DNA of 24,177 nucleotides from Macrostomum lignano (Eukaryota): NCBI GenBank assembly GCA_002269645.1, contig NIVC01005162.1, positions 1 to 24,177 of the forward strand, read 5' to 3'. Shown piece by piece: positions 1 to 9,765 of this stretch (position 1 is its first letter; each line of letters starts with the position of its first letter). The notes under the pieces were generated by a model. It saw only the letters and a program-made list of their open reading frames with translations, ran no database searches and was not told where the DNA came from. The position numbers and the translations under genes were made by a program.

Positions 1-2160
1 TTAAATGGCACGGCTATTCCTATAGATTCCTATCTCCGTAGTGTATTATTTTCGGAAACACCAGCCTCCTTAAAATTTTCCTAGTAACGAGGTTTCCGTC
101 TTTCTACTTGAGTAGTCTTTGTTATAACCAACGGCTGTATTTCGACAGCTTATTTAAATGTTTCTTGAAATTTATTTACCAATAGCTTGATCAGTCTCTT
201 TTCGAAAACAAACTTTCGAACTAATGAAACTTGGAGCTGATGAAGCTTTGAGTTTGGAAGACTCGAAGATTCAAAGACGCCACATACTGCGATACGAAAT
301 TGCTAATTCCAGGATGTCGAGCAGAGTTCCTGGGCGCCATGTCCGGAGCGGCATGGACCTGCACGACTGAGCAGCAGCGAGGCTAATAATGCAAGAGTTG
401 AGTAATTGGATTGCCTAACTACGAGCTACGGGCTTTCCGGCAACAAGAATTTTTGTCGATCACTGATGCGAGAAATAAGCCGGGGAATATCATCCAACTG
501 ATGGGTGCGGAGTCAAGCAGCCATGCATGGACCTTGTTCGAGGCCTTTCCAGGCCATCGTTCTGCATGAATTAAAGGACGAATTAAAAATGAAAGGACGG
601 GAAACTTAGTTCTTAGAATATGTTACATAATTGTCTTTTAAGACAATATATAGCCATTGATTTCTGATCGAATTGCAGATCAAAGGCTCATATTTTTGCA
701 TGACTTGCCACCGGTCACAGTCACGCAACAAATGCTTTTAAAGTAAGAAAGTCAATACACTGTATGTAATAAGGAACTTTTTCGCAATTTAAACAACTGA
801 CAAAACTTGTTCAAAGATCAATGGAGCAACGAATCAGGCAATGTATAAGCATTCGACCTGCTTCCCATAAAACAATCACAATTTGAAAAATGAAAATTTT
901 AATTCTCATTAGTGTAATTTAGGGAAAGCCCAGACTCGGCATTCGACTTTTCTACATTTAGTTTCTTAGAAACCCTTTTTCCGTGTCAGTCCAGGCTTGC
1001 ATGCCAACATGAAGCTTCTATATTTGGCTATTTTATTTCAAGACTTATTAGTTATTACGTAACACAGTAATTGAAAAGTGGTTAGCTTACTGTACGCCGT
1101 ACTTGTTTGGGGGCAGTGATAGCGAAGAATAAATAAATGTAAGAGAGTTGGAAACCCTGGAGATTACGCCGGGTTAGCGTTTGTACTTTTTTATCTGACG
1201 CTCGATGAGAAACAGCTCTCCCATGTAAGGTGAGTTCCGTTGTAAGCTTATTGCAGTTTTTTATCAGCGCAACGAATCCACAATATTGAACAGATACATG
1301 CGAAAAGCTGCAATCAATCCTGCTATAATGCTGGAAAGGTAAAACGAAGCAGCCTTAGCCGTGTAGATGCAGGGAGTTGCAAATGCTGAGTAAATCTGAT
1401 GCAGTGGTTGCTTGTTTAACCAGCTTCAGTTTCTCTCGGGTCGTGCAAACCTGTGCGGTGAAGACGGGATTCAACAAAACAAGAGTAATGAAGACGGGCA
1501 TCCCATTGACGAGTTGGACATGGCAGTCTGTCATGTCAACTGCTCCCCAGCACTGTACGATGTATGTATTTATTGGATTTGAAGAACAAACTATCTGACA
1601 GTTACAAATGTAGCTGCTATTCAGTTAATAAGCTGTCAAGAAAAACCCAGTACAGTGTAGCATCCTTCCAGTTAAGTACGCTGTCCATGACTAGAAATTC
1701 GGGCAGGATTTTACTCAGACTTGTCTGGGATATTAGCGATGATAACCGGAAGTTCTATCAGAGTTGATGCGGAATTAATTATGTGCTGGCATTATTTGGT
1801 TGCTTAGAATTCAATGATTTATAATTTTACTCTTGTAGAAATGTGAACCAAACAACAGTTTTAAGAAATCGTTGAATGCTCAGCGTCGCTCTGAGCTCCT
1901 TGCGAGAAAAATCTCGAATTCGATTCTGTCTTCCCAATAGGCTTATACTATGGGAAATCTCCCGATCCTCAAGTTAATTATAAAATGGCCAACTCACTTC
2001 AACTCGGAGTGACCGAAATCCAAATCCGCTGAAAAAATCCTAGCAGGGGATAATATAAGCACGAGTAGATAAAATAGATACGAAATCGATAGGAATCCAA
2101 AGGACAGTAAAATCTGTAATGAGTACGAATTCCCAGTGGCAATGCGCCAACACTAATCTA

Positions 2161-2470
2161 GGTTGTAGCCCAGTGGTCAGAGCGTCAGACTCACGACTTG
2201 AAGGTCGGGGGTTCGATTCCCCACCCCACTGGAACAATTTGTGTCCTTGAGCAAGACACTTAACTCTGCATTGCCTCAGTTCACTCAGCTGTAAAATGGG
2301 TGCCCGCATTAGCTGGGGTAATTGAGGGTGTGTGTGGCGACCCCCCCCCCCCTTCAATCCTTGGACTGAACAGCCGTACGCAGGCTTCAGATGCGCGCGC
2401 AATAGCTGCGGCTGAGCTGTCGGTTGCACATCTGTCTATTAGGGCAGGTGTGATCAATTATTATTATTAA
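2161..2470 (+). mobile_element. tRNA-derived SINE with CORE-like central domain and (ATT)n tail
   Basis: Pol III A box (GTAGCCCAGTGG) and B box (GGTTCGATTCC) in a tRNA-like head. Next comes TGTGTCCTTGAGCAAGACACTTAACTC...GCCTCAGTTCACTCAGCTGTAAAATGGG, resembling the MIR/CORE-type SINE domain. Ends in ATTATTATTATTAA. Confidence 0.8.
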
Positions 2471-3713
2471 GCTATTGTGGCTGTCCGAGGTCCGAGGGTA
2501 CCTGCAGTTGAGGCTTTTCGGTGCTAGGGGTGCCAGTGTTAGTGATTATTTAGTGTCCGAAAGAGAGATAAAGACTCCTGGATTACTCTAACTGATTCAT
2601 TTCAAGCTGACAAGGAAAATTAATAAAATACAATAGAACATCAGGGATGTCACGTATAGCATTGATTTATAGTACACGAGCACTCTTGCGCTGAACCCCC
2701 TGTCTCCATCTCAGAGCAGAGTTTAGTTGCTAAACCATGCACCCAAGCGTCTCTTTGGCGCCTAGTCTAATTGAGTAAGTGAAGCCATGCATTTACTCTT
2801 TCTAGTTGCAGGTGTTTCGCAACTCTCTTGATGCTCTCCTCTCCTATGCTTCATTCCCGCCATGTATTCCCGCCCCAGGGGTCAACACCCGAAGCACGAT
2901 TGGAAAGTCAGGGACGCTGCTGGGATTCAGAACAACAATCTGCCTGACTCAGATTGAGACTACTCACTGACTGACTTAAGGCAAAAGTGCACAATTGAGC
3001 AGCTCAACTGCTGTCAGTACCAGAAGAACGGAGAAAAACGGAAAATAAAGAACTGAACTGAAAACCATTGACCATCTGGTTGGGGAGACAGACAGCACTC
3101 TATACTCCAACGGGAACTCAAATTGGCTGAATGCATGGCCCAATAGTCACCTGGCTCACACTGCCCGGATATTTACCCAAAATTTAGTCCCTAAAATGTT
3201 TGCCCGCATTATCTCCTCGCCATCTCGCCTCTCCAATATTTGAACAAATGTTTGAACGCCAAGCATAGATAAGAAAGTTCAAGTTTCCGGGTACATAATT
3301 CATGCTGTAAGCAGCTAAAGAGTACACAGAACCTCCATTTTTGCAGAAGCGCTAGAAAGGCAAGGTCTTGAACTCCCTCGGGTCTCCGATCAGGACCGCA
3401 CCGAACATCTGCCTAGAAATGTACTTTCACCTTGTTTATCCATCAACAGCAAAAAAGACAATTCAAAGAGAGTTTAAGTAGAATTCATTTCGATATATTC
3501 CCAAAGAGACAATTGTTTTCTGTATTTTGAAATATGAACAGCCAGTGGACAACGGCTAGGCAGTACAAAAGCACAATCTCCACAATTCCAACTTGCTTGC
3601 TCAAATAGAACACGAATGGTTTGGTTAAGACTGCAAGCATGGCAACTGCAAAGCTGGACTGCCAGAGACAAAATGTCATGCTTTCTTTGTGACGTAAAAA
3701 CTCGATATACAGT

Positions 3714-3839
3714 TTATTGCAGTCCCGACTGCCGTTATTGCAATCCCAATTGCCGTTATTGAAGTCCCGACTGCCGTTATTGCAATCCCAATTGCCGTTA
3801 TTGAAATCCCGATTGCCGTTATTGCAGTCCCAATCGCCT
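3714..3839. repeat. 21-bp minisatellite, 6 copies (TTATTGCARTCCCRAYTGCCG)
   Basis: Units start at 3714, 3735, 3756, 3777, 3798 and 3819. Confidence 0.9.
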
Positions 3840-3948
3840 CTATTGATTTCCATTAATTCCCATTATACCTAAATATATACGAAATGCCACTCGAACTAGC
3901 AGTCAAAAGTACTCAAAACGGCCTCAAATACAAAGGAAACAGTACTTG

Positions 3949-4330
3949 CTACACAAACTTGGTGGCAATGGCCAATAGCTTAGTATAGTCTAGTTTGGGA
4001 TTGCGATTAGCCCGAAGGAAGCTGGGCACAGGCGCCAGAATCCGGTTGCCAAGCGGCTGGCCTTCATCGTTCAGCAGCACCAGATTGTTGCTATCAAACT
4101 GCGGCCTGAGGGGACCTTCGGGTCGGCGGGCTCCGACAATGAAGCCGCGCCGCTTCTGGCCAAGAATGGCCACCATGACCATGTCGCCCGTGGCTGCCTT
4201 CAGCTTCTTGCCGTAGACGTGCATCACTCTGGGCGGCTTGCCTGCCTCCATGGCCCGGCGGCCCAGTTCGCTGTTGTCCACGACACGGAGTCGGGTGCGC
4301 CGCTGAATGTAGTCAAGGCGCGGCGTTGTG
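3949..4330 (-). CDS. MRPL14: Mitochondrial ribosomal protein L14 (uL14m), last coding exon; 5' exon(s) not located
   Basis: YIQRRTRLRVVDNS...VMHVY...GDMVMVAILGQKRRGFIVG...FDSNNLVLLNDEGQPLGNRILAPVPSFLR...KLLAIATKFV matches the uL14m pattern. A polypyrimidine tract plus CAG acceptor lies at 4331-4350 on the - strand. Stop TAG at 3949-3951. Confidence 0.92.
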
Positions 4331-4390
4331 CTGCGGGGGGACAAGAAAAATGTACATGTAGCTCTGACCAATTAACAGGCTTGTTCCATC

Positions 4391-4842
4391 CTGACCAATC
4401 GGCAATCAGTAGGTCTGTTCCCTCCTGACCAATCAGCAATCGGCAGGTCTGTTCCCTCCTGACCAATCAGCAATCGGCAGGTCTGTTTCCTCCTGACCAA
4501 TCAGCAATCAGTAGGTCTGTTCCCTCCTGACCAATCAGCAATCAGTAGGTCTGTTCCCTCCTGACCAATCAGCAATCAGTAGGTCTGTTCCTTCATGACC
4601 AATCAGCAATCGGCAGGTCTGTTTCCTCCTGACCAATCAGCAATCAGTAGGTATGTTCCCTACTGACCAATCAGGAACCAGCAGTTCTGCTCCCTCCTGA
4701 CCAATCAGCAATCAGCAGGTCTGTTCCTCCTGACCAATCAGCAATCAGTAGGTCTGTTCCCTACTGACCAATCAGGAACTAGCAGTTCTGCTCCCTCCTG
4801 ACCAATCAGCAATCAGTTGGTTTGTTCCATCCTGACCAATCA
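4391..4842. repeat. 34-bp minisatellite, about 14 copies (CTGACCAATCAGCAATCAGTAGGTCTGTTCCCTC), in the MRPL14 intron
   Basis: TGACCAATC recurs with a ~34-bp period from 4391 to 4832. Confidence 0.93.
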
Positions 4843-7273
4843 CGCAAAAACTAGACCAGAGGGTAAGATCTGAAACGAATCAGCTAATCTGAGCTAATCT
4901 GAGTTAAGGTAATCCGAAACGAGTAATGGTTTTGATTGTTTTTATAAAAACATTTATCCAGCTTTCAGAACAATTTTCACTAAGCTCGAGTGGAGCATCC
5001 TACCCTTTCTAAGAAGTCCTTGGTTGAAATAATCGCAGACTGAGAAGTTAAGACAACTGAGGGTAGGGCAGCACAGCATGGAACTGGTAGAAATCCAGAC
5101 ATGAATAAAACTCTCCTAACATACGGGCGAAAGTAAATGCAGTCGAATGCAAGCAAAACTACTTAAGTAGATTAAAAATTCTACATCGGAGCCGGTAAGA
5201 GACGCCGCACCGGCAGAACAACCCCAGTGCAGCTTATTGAAAATGCATGGGACGGAGGCTCAGACTTAATACACTTATTACATTAAAAGAAAGCAACCAC
5301 GTCTGATAGCTGATTTGATTAATTAATCCATATCTAATCAATGCAGCTGAGGTGGCCCCAAGTAACATCTGTGCCGCCCTGTCCCAACGCGCCGCCCACA
5401 GATCCCACCCACGTTTGCCATTTCAGACAGTTGTTTTAATTTAAACAAAAACGTCGGAAGTTTCTCGTCATTTTTCTTTAAAAAAGAATCACTAAAATAT
5501 TGAAACGCTTTGCATCGGCCAGAAATATTGATTAAGTTTGCACAAAACCAAAATCAAACTGAAACTCTGCACGTGTATAGGGAATTCGAGATGATAAAAG
5601 GCGACAGACGGGCGGGAAAAGCAAATAGGAAACAAAAAGTGTAAACCCAAATCCGAGCAGTACTTAGCATCTCGCACAGAGTTTGTTGGAGCGAAAACAA
5701 GAAAAAGAGAGTTAAAGAAGAGATGCAGTTGAGCTTGGGCTTCTGGATTCTCTTCTCAGATTCAATTAATAGGGGGGGGGGTCACTTCAGTAGCCAGTCA
5801 GGCAGACATCCCGTCCGTTCGGCCTTCGTAGTCCCCCTTCTTTCTAGAAGAATCTTATACACCCCAACTTTGCCAATTAGTTAAACTAGTTATACTTACA
5901 ACTTAAACTAATAATAATAATAATAATAGTAATCGCTGCGACAGCAATAGTAAGAATACGGAGCATAATATAATAAAATTGTGACCCTACTCAACCCCAT
6001 GGGGAGAGCCAACAGGCAAATTCCATTAGCAATGCCAGTACACTACATGTAAACCAAATATTTGAGAATCAAAGAGAAACTGCACACAGCAGGGAGGGAG
6101 GAGGACATTGATTTACGCGGAGCAAGGCTTGTGTTTACAAGGCTTCCTCGCTGGTCTGCCATTTATTCGTTCAGTCGTCATTCATTCGCTCATTCGTCTG
6201 TCAATGTTTCGGCGCTAACCTGTCAGTCTTCACTCTTCAAACGAAGGTCGGTTGCTGGGCCCCGAATTCAAGGCCTATTTAGCAAATCGCTTGATTGCTT
6301 GCTCACAGAAGGAAGGTTTTTTGTTTTCGTCCCGGCTTTCATCGGAAATGCTAGGTAGACAATTTTTAAAAAGAAGGGATGTGGCTCGAACCAGATTTTG
6401 GATGAAGCAACGTGTCCATATGTTTGAACTAAAGATTCAAGGTCTCCTTGAGCTGGGTCTCTGAGATCCAGGCTTATTACACCAATTGCAGGACACACAG
6501 AGAGATTAATAATTGTTAAGGAGAAGAATCTGGTAGATAAGAATGCGACAAGCTATAGGGATAAGCAATAGAAAAGTTGTGCACTACGCTCGTAAATTCG
6601 CTCTCTATTTTGTGCAGCCAGTGGAGGCAATTTTACCAGCAGCAATCCTAACACGACACAGATATAGGTAGAGGCAATCTGCTACTTAGGAGCGCAAAAT
6701 GTAAGCGGTAAAGTTCGATGAGGAAACGATGTCAAGTGAATGATTGACAGCAGCACGGAACGTATATTTTCAAGCGAATTCATCCAGCAATGGAGGGGGT
6801 GGGACTAAAAGCTGCTGGCAGATAAGCGCGAGATTAAACATTAAAAGCAAGGGCAAGAAAAAACAAGCACAGGAACGGAACGAACACGCAGCGGCTCGAT
6901 GGGCTTAAAATCAATTGCTGCAAACTTATTACTGACTTCCGCTAACGAATGTCAGACAAAATCTCACAGCTTGGCAAGGTAGGCGGCCAAATTGATTAGT
7001 AGCTACAGTACCATAGATAGCTAAAGCTGTATATATAGACCCCTTAGCAATTGGGTCCCATCGGTGCAATTATGAATACTCATAATTGAAGAGCATGCAG
7101 CTGTGCAGATACATATTTTCCATCGACACTGGGTTTCAAATCTTTTAAGAAACTGACAAGTTTAATTTTGCAATTTTTATTATGAATTTTTCTCGCGTTA
7201 TTGCTTGTCATTCGGGTCTACGACATTTGACTGACTGCCTTTTGACTGTGTACATGTCTTGGGGGTGGGGGGT

Positions 7274-7932
7274 ACTACTAAGGGATTCCGTATGGCGCGA
7301 TTTTGCGAAGGTCCGTCGGGCTGATGTCGGCCTCTAGCACCGCGGCAAGGTGCTCCCTCGGGGTGTACCACCTCCCCCGGGGTGTACCTCCAGCGGGGTG
7401 GGTGTCCAGCGAGTGTACCTCCAGCGGGGTGGGCCTCCCGCGAGTGTACATCCGGCCGGCTGGGCGTCCAGCGAGTGTACCTTCAGCGCATGGGCCTCCC
7501 TCGGGGTGTACATCCGGCGGGGGGATTCCCGCCCCTCCCACCAATGTCGTGTGCACGCGGTTAGTGTAGGAAGGAAACCCCCGATGCTGACGCAGCCCTG
7601 TACACTGAGCAACCGGCCCCCCATGCGGGGGACAGAGAGCAGCCCCTGTAGCAGGAGGGGTAGTGCGTGGAGAGCCGCCATCCCCCTGTAGCAAGGGACA
7701 GATAACAGGCGGCCCCCTGTAGCAGTATGAGGTGGGGTACAAAGAGACACGGGGTGCTGGGACAGAGAGTGCGTGGAGGCACCCTGCGCTGCCCTGGCAT
7801 GTCGCAGCACGCGGCGTGGACAGAGAGGGAGTGTGAGTCACACGGAGGGACAGAGAGCTTCCCCAGGCCGGGGTGGTAGAGGGACAGACCGGCGGTGAGT
7901 GATAGAGAGCTCCCCCCAGGCTGCAGAGGGAC
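7274..7932 (+). repeat. Left terminal inverted repeat
   Basis: Begins ACTACTAAGGG. It is the reverse complement of 17126..17796 apart from a few blocks. GC-rich, with internal 31-bp repeats. Confidence 0.93.
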
Positions 7933-7995
7933 AGACAGGCCGCGAGCAACGTGTTAATGCAACCATAAATAGAAGCAGTGTACAAAACCCTCTGT

Positions 7996-8775
7996 ATGGA
8001 GAACATGGAAGAGGGTATAACTGATAACCCCTATTTCAGCAACGAGAGCGTGCGCGCCAGATTACCCCTCATTGAAAGATTGTTATCAGACACTAGGAAA
8101 AGAATCGAGGGATTGACCGCAAAGGAGCGCTTAGAATTCACGTATCTAGCCCGGCTGGCATTCGTAACTGAAGTAAACATTGAGGAGAGAGAGGTGGCGT
8201 TGACTTGGGAGGAAGCAGAAGAAGCGATAAAAACCCGGTCCTGTATGGTCACAGCCAATCTATGGAGTGCGGCAATACACCTCAATGACACGAGGGGGTT
8301 AATTGACACAGAGTTTGTTAGACAAGTTCACACACGCGTGTGCAGAGGACTGCTCCCGAATGCAGGATCGTATAGAATTAAGCACGCCAAGCCAGCAGGC
8401 GCGAGTATGTATTACAGTGCCCCAGAAAATATTGAACGGCAGCTGGTAAAATTAACTAGAGACATAAAAGAGCCACAAATCTTGCGTGATGCAGTAGTGA
8501 CAGGAGCATATTTCCTAGAAAAGTTTCTCACCATACACCCCTTTAGCGACGGCAATGGTAGAACTGCTAGGTTGTTATTATCAAAGTTGATCAACCGGAT
8601 TCTGCCAGAACCCGTATCATTTGCGTATGCAAATAGAGACACATATCTCAACTGTCTTTACGAAGCGCGCAGCAGCAACCGGGGGCTCCTAGCGGCGTAT
8701 TTACTTTTATCAATTGAGAGAACTGTTCTACAGTGGAGGGAATGGTTGGAAATCTGTTCAGACGGCAGCCTATAA
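7996..8775 (+). CDS. Fic-domain protein (putative AMPylase)
   Basis: Canonical Fic motif HPFSDGNGRTAR, a flap region (GSYRIKHAKPAG...Y) and the typical C-terminal RDTYLNCL. First ATG at 7996, with CATAAATA about 30 nt upstream. Confidence 0.9.
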   Translation: MENMEEGITDNPYFSNESVRARLPLIERLLSDTRKRIEGLTAKERLEFTYLARLAFVTEVNIEEREVALTWEEAEEAIKTRSCMVTANLWSAAIHLNDTRGLIDTEFVRQVHTRVCRGLLPNAGSYRIKHAKPAGASMYYSAPENIERQLVKLTRDIKEPQILRDAVVTGAYFLEKFLTIHPFSDGNGRTARLLLSKLINRILPEPVSFAYANRDTYLNCLYEARSSNRGLLAAYLLLSIERTVLQWREWLEICSDGSL

Positions 8776-8809
8776 ATAAATAAAATTGGTATTTCTCAAC
8801 AATATCGAA

Positions 8810-9163
8810 ATGTACTGGCAATCGGAAATAGTGTACACCCACGTTGACAACGCAGTGCTGGAAGTGGGATATTGGGACCCAAACAAACCGCGTTTCCGCA
8901 TCCACTGTCAAAACTGTAGCTGTCCAGGAGCCGTGTTTAGTCGAGCACAATGGCATCGAATGAAATTTCTGGGCACTAGCTGCACAGATTACGATCTCGG
9001 AGGCGGCGCATCTATCAAAGTTATCGACGGGAAGCGCCTGTACGTAAAAGGAGACTGCGAATTTCACCTGTCAGACAAAATACTTTGTGCAGTTGAAAAG
9101 AATAGAGTCGACAATTTCTTCCACTATTTCTTTCTCGACGAATCTGACGAGTCAGAGGAATGA
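8810..9163 (+). CDS. Hypothetical protein, possibly tandem PC4-like ssDNA-binding fold
   Basis: Open frame after TATAAATA (8771). GAVFSRAQWHRM resembles the PC4 GisL...QW..L motif, and YDLGGGASIKV resembles a second PC4 start. Acidic C-terminus. The fold call is weak. Confidence 0.55.
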   Translation: MYWQSEIVYTHVDNAVLEVGYWDPNKPRFRIHCQNCSCPGAVFSRAQWHRMKFLGTSCTDYDLGGGASIKVIDGKRLYVKGDCEFHLSDKILCAVEKNRVDNFFHYFFLDESDESEE

Positions 9164-9540
9164 GCTGGATTTCTCGAGACTACCCGCTTTTATCGAGCAA
9201 AGAAAGGGCAGAGTACGAGACCCTGAAAAAGTCCACAGACTGGTTATGCATTTGTCACGGCAAACCAATTCCCGAACGATTAGTCACCTTTAATGTCGAG
9301 GTAGACGAAATTGGGCAAGGGCCTTACAGCACCCAAGAATATACAGATGCCCGAATTGACTACTACTTTAGAGACAAGATGCATTTCAAAGCCAATCTTC
9401 AAAGAATGGAGCAGATAATTGCCCCAATATTACAAGAGGATCATCGTGAGAAAATACGGTACCGGAATCACCAGCCGATTGCTCCCTCGTGGACGAACAC
9501 CAAAGGATTTGGCGACCTAAACACAGTAGACCAGTGCTAG
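9160..9540 (+). CDS. Hypothetical protein (orphan)
   Basis: 126-aa ORF with an ATGA start/stop overlap with the upstream ORF, co-oriented with all element genes. Confidence 0.6.
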   Translation: MSWISRDYPLLSSKERAEYETLKKSTDWLCICHGKPIPERLVTFNVEVDEIGQGPYSTQEYTDARIDYYFRDKMHFKANLQRMEQIIAPILQEDHREKIRYRNHQPIAPSWTNTKGFGDLNTVDQC

Positions 9541-9710
9541 CGAAGTTGACTATCAACCCTCACTGCAGCTGCATTAACGACACGCCTCAAACCCCTCGAC
9601 CAGAAGATCGAAACAAAAGGTTTATTTTTTCCGGATTTCCAACACCGGAAAGTGTCGTTAAAGAAGCACTATAACAAAAACGCCCAGCCACCCCACCCTC
9701 CGCCCAAGGG

Positions 9711-9717
9711 TATATAA
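9711..9717 (+). promoter_or_regulatory. TATA box (TATATAA) preceded by GC-box-like CCCCACCCTCCGCCC
   Basis: Lies 55 nt upstream of ATG 9766 in the only sizeable intergenic gap of the element. Confidence 0.6.
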
Positions 9718-9765
9718 GGAGGCGCTCAGGGTGTGAGACCCACTCTCAGCAACAGCAGCAGCAAC

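Noticed and set aside
1380-1790. Coding-looking fragments on the - strand (also 6268..6498)
   Set aside because: They are interrupted by stops and show no recognisable family or splice structure.
1931-1956. Short hairpin TTCCCAATAG...CTATGGGAA, reminiscent of MITE internal palindromes
   Set aside because: I could not define element ends or a TSD.
2161-2232. Functional tRNA gene
   Set aside because: The anticodon and acceptor stems pair poorly, and the sequence continues into a SINE body and tail.
3485-3853. 122-aa ORF with NNGNWDC repeats
   Set aside because: It is a translation of the 21-bp minisatellite, whose length is a multiple of three.
3995-4466. Antisense and alternate ORFs over MRPL14, and the ORF-track start at 4371
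   Set aside because: They are shadow ORFs. The track's N-terminus is intronic polypyrimidine tract.
4391-4842. CRISPR array (also considered for 23003..23865 and the TIR repeats)
   Set aside because: These are head-to-tail tandem units with no unique spacers and no cas genes, in a eukaryotic context.
5040-5420. Candidate first exon of MRPL14
   Set aside because: The short - strand ATG frames I tried had no donor site in the required phase 2, so none was called.
7278-8006. Several long ORFs on both strands in the left TIR
   Set aside because: GC-rich repeat DNA lacks stop codons by chance. The products are low-complexity and mirrored in the right TIR.
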